A DNA stretch of 64,000 nt from an uncultured Clostridia bacterium (GTDB taxonomy: Bacteria > Bacillota > Clostridia > Oscillospirales > Ruminococcaceae). Position 1 is the first letter of the stretch. Every line of letters starts with the position of its first letter. The stretch lies in NCBI GenBank assembly GCA_947630555.1, contig CANRIA010000002.1, forward strand, positions 112,482-176,481. Direction: 5' to 3'. Positions 57,794 to 64,000 of the stretch are shown piece after piece. The translations under genes were made by a program, and so were the position numbers. The notes beneath the pieces are model-generated. The model made no database searches. It was given only the letters and a program-made list of their open reading frames with translations, and was not told the DNA's origin.

Positions 57794-58522
57794 TTATACA
57801 TCTGAGCTTTTGTCTTTGCCGCCGAGCGGAGTAATTGCAATAGTGCAGCATATAACATTTTGCGCACCTGCCAGTTTAAGAGCCTTAGCGCAGTAGCTTA
57901 AAGTACTGCCGGTAGTTAGTATATCATCACACAAAAGCACTGTTTTGCCGCGGACAAAATCTTCATTACCTATAAATCTGAATGCCTTTGCGGCGCGCTG
58001 TTTTCGCTCTTCGGCAGAAAGATCATGTTGAACCAGCGTTTGGTCTGTCTTTATAAGCAGCTTGCCGTTTACAGGAATACCTGTATGCCGATGTATCATC
58101 TTTGCATAAATATGCGCGTGGTTATAGCCTGTTTCACGCATTTTGCGCTTTGTAACTGGCACAGAAGTTATAATGTCTATTTTCCCTGCAAGCTCATTAT
58201 CTTTGAGATATTCTGCCGCCTTTATTGCAAAATATTCCGCAAAGCCTGTGCCGTGGCGCTCTTTCAGCGCAAGCACGCCGCTTTTGCCTGCATCTTTATA
58301 AAATATAAATGAAAAGCATCTGTCATAATAAAGCTTTTCTCTTTCGCAAATACACTTTATCTGTCCGCAGTGTGGGCAAAAATTTTCGCCGATAAATTCA
58401 AGCTGCTTCTCGCAATCGCGGCAAATAAGTTCATCATAACCTATATCTTTGTCGCACACAGGGCATTTGTTGGGAAAGAAAATATCCAGCAAAAACGCCT
58501 CAACTTTATATATCCACTTCAT
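57794..58522 (-). CDS. comFC: ComF-family protein (ComFC; zinc-finger plus phosphoribosyltransferase domain)
   Basis: The N-terminus has CPVC..C..C..CPHC and the PRT motif is VLLCDDILTTGST. Confidence 0.85.
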   Translation of the reverse strand: MKWIYKVEAFLLDIFFPNKCPVCDKDIGYDELICRDCEKQLEFIGENFCPHCGQIKCICEREKLYYDRCFSFIFYKDAGKSGVLALKERHGTGFAEYFAIKAAEYLKDNELAGKIDIITSVPVTKRKMRETGYNHAHIYAKMIHRHTGIPVNGKLLIKTDQTLVQHDLSAEERKQRAAKAFRFIGNEDFVRGKTVLLCDDILTTGSTLSYCAKALKLAGAQNVICCTIAITPLGGKDKSSDV

Positions 58523-60743
58523 CGCCGTTATCCTCTGCCAGCATTTCTTTAAGGCAGGTGTATCTGTTTGTTTTATGGTTGTGCTGTATCATATAGTTTA
58601 TAACAGCGGCAGAGCCCACAATAATGAACATCTTTCTTGCTCTTGTAACGGCTGTATACAGCAAATTGCGGTAAAGAAGCTTTTCATTGCACTCATCGGC
58701 GGCATATATCACATAGTCAAACTCGCTGCCTTGACTTTTATGTACCGTTACGGCATATGCAAGCTCAATATTTTCCATCATTGTTATAGTATACAAACAT
58801 TCTCTGCCGTCAAAATCAATAGTAACAAGACCTGTAGAGCGGTTTATATCAAGAATAGTGCCTATATCGCCGTTGTATATTTCAGCGCCATGTTCAACGC
58901 CTTTTTCGGTTTCTCTGCGCCATACTATGTCATAATTATTGCGGTTCTGCATCACCTTGTCGCCAACGCGGAAGGTATTCATAAAGGTTTTTATCTCTGC
59001 TTTATCGCTTGCAGGGGGATTTAATTGCTCCTGAAGAACGTGGTTTAGTTCTGTAGTACCGCTCATACCTATACGCGTGGGCGACAAGACCTGAATATGC
59101 TCGGTAGGTATTATTCCGTACTCGGCAGGAAGCCTGTCCTTGCAAAGGCTTACAATAAGTTCTGCCACTCCCCTGCCGCTTCTTGAAAAGAAAAAGAAGT
59201 CGTCGCAGTCGCCTCTGATTATCTGCTCACCTTTTATTATTCTGTGTGCATTTGTAACTATGCGGCTGCACTGCGCTTGTCTGAACACCTCATGCAACTG
59301 CACAACGGGCACTTTTCCGCTTTCTATAATATCTTTCAAAACGTTGCCTGCGCCTACCGAAGGCAGCTGGTCGCTGTCGCCGACAAGTATAAGTTTGCAG
59401 GTAAGCGGCAGTGCACGCAAAAGGGCATCAAATAACAGCGAATCTACCATAGACATCTCATCTACCACGCACACATCACAACCGAGCAAATTTTCTTCAT
59501 TATGTGTAAAATGCGGCACATCGCCGTCGGCATACTTAACTTCAAGCAGGCGGTGTATGGTTTTGGCATCATGTCCTGTAAGCTCGGTAAGACGTTTTGC
59601 GGCTCTGCCGGTGGGGGCTGTTACCATAACGTTAAGCCCCTGCTGCTCAAACAAAGAAATTATTGCATTCAAAGTGGTGGTCTTGCCAGTGCCGGGGCCG
59701 CCGGTAAGGACTAAAAATCCTGTGGAAAGGGCATTGTTTATCGCCTCTCGCTGTATTTCCTCATAGGTAATGCCGTTTTGCTCCTGCGCAATATCTATAA
59801 CATCGCTGAAATCTTCTTTACTGTCATATGCAAGCTGACTCATGATGTTGAGGCGGCGAGAAATGTTGACGTCTGCTTTTGCAAAGTCAAGCAGCATTTC
59901 ATATGTTCTGCCGCTTTTTTTGGTATACCTGATAACTACTTTGTCATCGTGCAGCATTTGAAGTATCTCGTCAAACTTATCTTCTGTCACAGCCAGAAAA
60001 TTGCAGCTGAGCTGACAAAGTTTATCTGTAGGCAGGCAGGTGTGCCCCTCTGTTGAATTTTTAAGAAGAACGGTCATTATACCTGCACGCACGCGTTCCT
60101 CGCAGTCGTTTGCAAGATTTTGCCGCTGACCTATTTCATCAGCTTTGCCAAACGGCAGACCTACCTCAAAAGAGCACATACAGTAAGGGTTGCTCTCTAT
60201 CATTTCAAGGACGCAGGTGCCCCACGCTTTATATGCGCGTATGGCGTATGCTGCGGCTATGCCGTTTGACGAAAGATACGACATCAGCCGTTTTACCGCA
60301 AACTTATCGGCAAATTCTTCGGCATACTTTTTAGCCTTTCTGGGTGAAATGCCGTCTATCTTGGTAAGCTGCATGGGGTCGTTTTCAAAAACTTCAAAAA
60401 CTCTTTCGCCGAACATATCTACTATCTTTTTTGCAAGCACAGGGCCTATGCCTTTGATAACACCGCCTGCAAGATACTTTCGTATATCGGTAATTTTGGC
60501 AGGCAGGGCGCGCTCGCAAAGGTGGGCTTTGAACTGCTCGCCATACTTGCGGTGTGTGGTATACTCTCCGACCAAGTCAAGAACTTCGCCCTCGTCAACG
60601 TCGCCTATCTCGCCAACGACTGTAACAGGTTTTCCGTCTGCGTTGAGCATTATAACGGCAAAACCTGTTTCCTCGCTGATATGTACTACACTGTCTACCG
60701 TGCCTTTAAGCGTGGTATATTTTTTTGTGTTCATATTCTTCAT
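58506..60743 (-). CDS. recD2: RecD2-type SF1B DNA helicase
   Basis: It has an N-terminal OB/HhH region. Walker A is GGPGTGKTT, motif II is VVDEMSMVD, and the C-terminus has AVTVHKSQGSEF and the SH3-like segment. Confidence 0.9.
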   Translation of the reverse strand: MKNMNTKKYTTLKGTVDSVVHISEETGFAVIMLNADGKPVTVVGEIGDVDEGEVLDLVGEYTTHRKYGEQFKAHLCERALPAKITDIRKYLAGGVIKGIGPVLAKKIVDMFGERVFEVFENDPMQLTKIDGISPRKAKKYAEEFADKFAVKRLMSYLSSNGIAAAYAIRAYKAWGTCVLEMIESNPYCMCSFEVGLPFGKADEIGQRQNLANDCEERVRAGIMTVLLKNSTEGHTCLPTDKLCQLSCNFLAVTEDKFDEILQMLHDDKVVIRYTKKSGRTYEMLLDFAKADVNISRRLNIMSQLAYDSKEDFSDVIDIAQEQNGITYEEIQREAINNALSTGFLVLTGGPGTGKTTTLNAIISLFEQQGLNVMVTAPTGRAAKRLTELTGHDAKTIHRLLEVKYADGDVPHFTHNEENLLGCDVCVVDEMSMVDSLLFDALLRALPLTCKLILVGDSDQLPSVGAGNVLKDIIESGKVPVVQLHEVFRQAQCSRIVTNAHRIIKGEQIIRGDCDDFFFFSRSGRGVAELIVSLCKDRLPAEYGIIPTEHIQVLSPTRIGMSGTTELNHVLQEQLNPPASDKAEIKTFMNTFRVGDKVMQNRNNYDIVWRRETEKGVEHGAEIYNGDIGTILDINRSTGLVTIDFDGRECLYTITMMENIELAYAVTVHKSQGSEFDYVIYAADECNEKLLYRNLLYTAVTRARKMFIIVGSAAVINYMIQHNHKTNRYTCLKEMLAEDNGDEVDI

Positions 60744-61065
60744 TCCTCAGAAGCTTTATAAGTCTTTTGTTGTTTTTTATCGCCAGCTGCGGCAGGTCAT
60801 CTTTAAGCCTTGCCGAAAGCTCTTTGCGCAGTTTTTTGCTGTCCGTTAGTACAAAAATGTTGCGGCACGCGCTGTCGCTGTTAAAGCGGTCTTCCCACCA
60901 TATCTCGCGTATACGCTGTTCGAGTTCATCTGTATTTGCAAAGCTGTCGGCGCAGATGATATGTAACTGCTTTTTGCCCTGTTTTTCCGAAAGGCATACA
61001 AGAATAACTATCGGCAGCACGGACAAAAAAGCAACAATAAGTGATATTATATACAGACCGTTCAT
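60706..61065 (-). CDS. Small membrane-anchored hypothetical protein (119 aa)
   Basis: ATG at 61065 follows GGGGG. It has one N-terminal TM. Its 3' end overlaps the recD2 start. Confidence 0.45.
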   Translation of the reverse strand: MNGLYIISLIVAFLSVLPIVILVCLSEKQGKKQLHIICADSFANTDELEQRIREIWWEDRFNSDSACRNIFVLTDSKKLRKELSARLKDDLPQLAIKNNKRLIKLLRNEEYEHKKIYHA

Positions 61066-61211
61066 AAGGCACACCCCCGTACTACAGGATATGCCGTACG
61101 GCTTGAATTTGCTATACACTATATATTGTATCATACTTTCATGCAAAATGCAACAATTAGTTTCAACAAATCGGTCAGAAATATTCTGATGTAAAAAATA
61201 TCAAAAAGCAC

Positions 61212-61240
61212 TTGACAACAAGAATTTGCTGTGATATAAT
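61212..61240 (+). promoter_or_regulatory. Consensus sigma-A promoter driving tRNA-Trp
   Basis: TTGACA (61212-61217), a 17-nt spacer, then TATAAT (61235-61240). Confidence 0.7.
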
Positions 61241-61259
61241 AATAAAGTCGTAAAAATAC

Positions 61260-61335
61260 AGGGGTATAGCTCAGATGGTAGAGCAGTGGTCTCCAAAACC
61301 ACGTGCCGAGGGTTCGAGTCCTTCTGCCCCTGCCA
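61260..61335 (+). tRNA. tRNA-Trp (anticodon CCA), encoded CCA
   Basis: I folded it manually. The acceptor is AGGGGTA/TGCCCCT and the D arm is GCTC..GAGC. The anticodon stem GTGGT/ACCAC carries the loop CTCCAAA. The T arm is GAGGG-TTCGAGT-CCTTC, followed by GCCA. Confidence 0.9.
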
Positions 61336-61374
61336 AATCCGTTCTGACCGCTTTAGCGGTTGGAACGGATTTTG
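61336..61374 (+). terminator. Rho-independent terminator after tRNA-Trp
   Basis: The outer stem aatccgttc/gaacggatt encloses the inner stem accgc/gcggt and is followed by TTTTG. Confidence 0.6.
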
Positions 61375-61550
61375 TTAGTGTAATAGGACTTGAAGCCGAG
61401 GCACGGAACGTGCCGGGCAACTCCGCTGAGCGCGCCCGGTGGGCGAAACAGCGAGGCGGAGTTGGCGCAGCGGTCGAAAAAGACGAGGAAAAGAGCCGTA
61501 AAGGCGACCGAAGTCTTTTTCGGGCACCGCAAGAGGGGTTGCGAAGCAAC
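61375..61550 (+). other. GC-rich, highly structured non-coding segment between the tRNA-Trp 3' end and its 23-nt duplicate
   Basis: Nested stems are visible by eye: ggcacg/cgtgcc; caactccgc/gcggagttg enclosing gctg/cagc and cgccc/gggcg; cggtcg/cgaccg; and gttgc/gcaac. No ORF with an RBS is present. Confidence 0.35.
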
Positions 61551-61573
61551 TTCGAGTCCTTCTGCCCCTGCCA
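61551..61573 (+). repeat. Exact 23-nt direct repeat of the tRNA-Trp 3' end (copy of 61313-61335)
   Basis: TTCGAGTCCTTCTGCCCCTGCCA occurs at 61313-61335 and again at 61551-61573. Confidence 0.9.
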
Positions 61574-61604
61574 GAAACGCCTTTAACTATCGTTAAAGGC
61601 TCAG

Positions 61605-61699
61605 TGAATAGTGAATAGAGAATAGTTTATAGATAATAGTAGTCTGTAAGGCGGCGTTTCTGTACTATTCGTTATTCACTATTCATTTTTCATTATTCA
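61605..61699. repeat. Inverted heptad arrays (3 x TGAATAG-type, then 5 x YTATTCR) around a 39-nt spacer
   Basis: The left arm (61605-61625) reads tgaatag|tgaatag|agaatag. The right arm (61665-61699) reads ctattcg|ttattca|ctattca|tttttca|ttattca. It is related to the array at 9360-9394. Confidence 0.8.
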
Positions 61700-61736
61700 C
61701 TAATTTTTAGATAATATGTTACAACAATTTTGTCAA

Positions 61737-62044
61737 ATAAACTGCCCGACAAATCAGAATTTTGTCCGCTATATCTGCCTTGCTATTGGGGGAGACCCTT
61801 TTGGAAAAGGGTCTTCCCCCAAGCCCCCTCACTAAAACTTCTGTATTTTTTGGCGAGGGGTAATTGTTCTCTTTAAAAAACAGATAACTTGCAATTTATC
61901 GCTGATTTATCAAAGACATTACCCCTCGCCAAAAAACAATATAAAAGTCTTTGGAAAGGGGTATGGGGAATAACCTTTCTTCAGAAAGGTTTTCCCCAAA
62001 AGAAAAATAGGTAAGGCAGATAAATTCTAATTTGTCAGTGAGTT
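61737..62044. repeat. Imperfect palindromic (MITE-like) element of about 310 bp with nested inverted repeats
   Basis: The terminal arms at 61737-61786 and 62007-62044 match in inverted orientation (AACTGCCCGACAAATCAGAATTT..ATCTGCCTT vs AACTCACTGACAAATTAGAATTTATCTGCCTT). A perfect 19-bp inverted repeat lies at 61846-61864 / 61918-61936. G-rich hairpins lie at 61793-61814 and 61972-61991. Confidence 0.6.
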
Positions 62045-62099
62045 ATCGAAAAAAATAAAGCATATAAGATTATCAAGTAAAATTGATAGTCTTTTTATA

Positions 62100-62128
62100 T
62101 TGACTTGCAAAAAATTATGTTGTATAAT
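62100..62128 (+). promoter_or_regulatory. Sigma-A-type promoter for the MATE gene
   Basis: TTGACT (62100-62105), a 17-nt spacer, then TATAAT (62123-62128). Confidence 0.55.
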
Positions 62129-62165
62129 TGTATAAGACAGAATATACATAAGAAGGCATTTAACT

Positions 62166-63563
62166 ATGAAACGTGAAAAGGGTGTAAAGCACTCTCAGAT
62201 GGATATACTAAGCGGCAGCATTGTTGACAAGCTTATACTGTTTGCCCTGCCGCTTGCTTTTACAGGAATGTTGCAGCAGCTTTTCAACGCGGCCGATGTT
62301 GCGGTAGTGGGAAGATTTGTCGGAAAAGAGGCTATGGCTGCGGTAGGCAGCAACAGTGCGATAATAGGTCTTTTGGTAAACGGATTTGTAGGTCTTACGC
62401 TTGGCGCTAACGTTGCAATTTCAACATACATAGGTCAGAAAAGACCCGACAGGATACATAACTGCGTTCACACATCGGTGCTGTTTTCTCTGATAGGCGG
62501 CGTGTGCATAACCGCTGTGGGAGAGATTGTTGCGCCTATACTTATTGACAGTCTGTCGGTGCCGTCAAACGTATACCCTATGGCACTTGCTTATCTGCGG
62601 ATATATCTGCTCGGTATGCCTGTAATTTTTCTTTACAACTTTGAAGCTGCGATATTCCGCAGTCAGGGTGACACGAAAACGCCGCTGATATGCCTTATTG
62701 TTTCGGGTGTGCTCAACGTTGGACTGAACCTTTTGTTTGTGCGCGTTTTCGGCATGGATGCAGACGGAGTGGCGCTGGCAACGGTGATCTCAAACCTTGC
62801 AAGCTCCGTGCTTCTGTTTGTATTGCTTGTTCGCCGCAGCGATGCGATAAAGATAAAATTTTCTGACATTCGCATACACAAGACAGAGCTTATACCCATG
62901 ATTAAAATAGGTCTGCCTGCCGGACTGCAAAGCATGGTGTTCTCTATCTCAAACATATGCATACAGTCGGCAATAAACAAGCTTGGCAGCGACGTTATGG
63001 CTGCTTCTGCGGCGGCGTTCAATATTGAAATACTGGCATACTATCTGCTCAACTCGTTCGGTCAGGGCTGCACGACGTTTGTTGGGCAAAATTACGGCGC
63101 AGGAAATATATCGCGGTGCAGAAAGATAACGAGGATAAGCCTTATTATTGACGTTGCGGTAACTACTGCGGTATCTTTGATAATACTGTATTTCGGCAAG
63201 CCGCTGCTTGGCATATTCAACAGCGATTCGACTATAAAAGATATAGGTTTTATTAGGCTGGCATTTATACTGTCGGCAGAGGGCATAAATGCTGTAATGG
63301 AAATAATGTCGGGCGCTATGAGGGGTTACGGTCACTCGCTCTCCCCTGCCCTGATAACCTTTTTCGGCGTATGCGGCATAAGGATAGCTTGGGTCTACAC
63401 AATATTCGCATGGTCGCCTAAATTTATAACGCTTATGCTGGTTTACCCGATAAGCTGGGTGGCTACGGCAATTGCTCTTGTGATAGCATACATACTGTTT
63501 ATGAGACATTTTTTACGAACTTTTATTGACAGCAAGATACATCTCAGAAAGGAACAGTTATGA
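62166..63563 (+). CDS. MATE-family multidrug/toxin efflux transporter
   Basis: It has about 12 TMs. The N-terminus LPLAFTGMLQQLFNAADVAVVGRF is typical of the MatE domain, which is duplicated. Confidence 0.88.
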   Translation: MKREKGVKHSQMDILSGSIVDKLILFALPLAFTGMLQQLFNAADVAVVGRFVGKEAMAAVGSNSAIIGLLVNGFVGLTLGANVAISTYIGQKRPDRIHNCVHTSVLFSLIGGVCITAVGEIVAPILIDSLSVPSNVYPMALAYLRIYLLGMPVIFLYNFEAAIFRSQGDTKTPLICLIVSGVLNVGLNLLFVRVFGMDADGVALATVISNLASSVLLFVLLVRRSDAIKIKFSDIRIHKTELIPMIKIGLPAGLQSMVFSISNICIQSAINKLGSDVMAASAAAFNIEILAYYLLNSFGQGCTTFVGQNYGAGNISRCRKITRISLIIDVAVTTAVSLIILYFGKPLLGIFNSDSTIKDIGFIRLAFILSAEGINAVMEIMSGAMRGYGHSLSPALITFFGVCGIRIAWVYTIFAWSPKFITLMLVYPISWVATAIALVIAYILFMRHFLRTFIDSKIHLRKEQL

Positions 63564-64000
63564 TAGGTCTTGAAAGAGGCACTGTGAAGCTTTATCCTCA
63601 CGAAAAACAGTGGGAAACAGAGGCGCAAAGAACTATTACTTTGCTTAAAGAAATTCTTGGCGATACGGCTAAGGACATTCGCCATGTTGGCAGCACGGCA
63701 ATAAAGAGCATAAAAGCAAAGCCGATAATTGACATAGCTCTTGCTGTAGACAGTTTTGAAGATGTTTTGTCATATGAGCAAAAGCTGAAAGATGCCGGCT
63801 TTTATTACCGACCGAAATCGCAGAGCTTTTTGAGTGACCAGCTGCTTTTTGCCTGCGGAAGCTATTACGACGGCACGGGAAATATGCAAACTCATTTTAT
63901 ACACGTTGTAAAAACGGGCAGTATGGATCACCGAAATTACATTAATTTTGTGGAGTACATGAATGCTTTCCCTGCCGCTGCCAAAGCATATGAGCGCGTA
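63560..64000 (+). CDS. GrpB-family protein (3' end outside window)
   Basis: Its ATG overlaps the MATE stop. The motif HVGSTAI....AKPIIDI is the GrpB/nucleotidyltransferase-like signature. Confidence 0.75.
   Translation, partial: MIGLERGTVKLYPHEKQWETEAQRTITLLKEILGDTAKDIRHVGSTAIKSIKAKPIIDIALAVDSFEDVLSYEQKLKDAGFYYRPKSQSFLSDQLLFACGSYYDGTGNMQTHFIHVVKTGSMDHRNYINFVEYMNAFPAAAKAYERV

Noticed and set aside
61336-61573. Whether the segment after tRNA-Trp is a tmRNA, a group I intron or a second tRNA gene.
   Set aside because: No 5' strand is able to pair with the duplicated acceptor 3' strand, apart from a weak AGGGGTT. There is no D arm or anticodon arm, no tag-peptide frame, and no P/Q/R/S intron core that I could see. 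The duplicated part is only the last 23 nt of the tRNA.
61271-61596. ORFs of 92, 103 and 68 aa covering tRNA-Trp and the GC-rich segment.
   Set aside because: They overlap the tRNA and each other on both strands and have no RBS. The Arg/Ala/Gly-rich translation simply reflects GC-rich structured DNA. I treated the region as non-coding.

Overview
This is a chromosomal segment from a spore-forming, Clostridia-type Firmicute, judged from the gene content spoIIE, ylbJ, yqfC/yqfD, whiA and CotF-like genes. No database search was possible.

Most of the window is tightly packed housekeeping DNA:
- rsmA 3' end, spoIIE, and the glycogen operon glgB-glgC-glgD-glgA.
- A stand-alone tRNA-Leu(UAA) and a GH3 glycosidase.
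- The yqfC-yqfD-phoH-ybeY-era-yqzL-recO-mutS2 string, followed by a Xer-type tyrosine recombinase.
- An AraC / prenyltransferase-like / HD-nucleotidase trio.
- oadG/oadB-type Na+-decarboxylase membrane subunits and a complete F-type ATP synthase operon (atpI-B-E-F-H-A-G-D-C).
- degV, then a run of about 19 kb of co-directional genes: murD, two M42 peptidases, a GNAT, ynbB-like, hprK, a PHP phosphatase, murB, rapZ, whiA and dnaE.
- prs, two small CotF-like genes, comFC, recD2, tRNA-Trp(CCA), a MATE efflux gene and a partial grpB-family gene.

The outstanding non-housekeeping feature is a 1915-aa ORF at 36716-42463 (minus strand), 21 nt downstream of dnaE. It combines five parts:
- a transglutaminase-like N-terminal domain;
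- a DUF4011-like region;
- an Upf1/DNA2-type SF1 helicase split by a helical insert of about 545 aa;
- a Vsr/DUF559-like endonuclease fold with an apparently altered acidic motif;
- a DUF3320-like tail.
I regard it as the best candidate for an uncharacterised nucleic-acid surveillance or defence-type protein in the window.

Secondary points of interest:
- The ATP synthase c subunit carries a Na+-binding signature of the two-carboxylate type, and the operon sits next to orphan oadGB.
- The epsilon subunit has only the beta-sandwich domain.
- A 23-nt duplication of the tRNA-Trp 3' end brackets a GC-rich, highly structured segment.
- YTATTCR heptad arrays lie downstream of both tRNA genes.
- A palindromic MITE-like element of about 310 bp lies upstream of the MATE gene.
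- Next to tRNA-Leu there is an islet with two FtsX-like permeases, no ATPase, and a Cys/His protein.

I saw no CRISPR array, rRNA, transposase or prophage.
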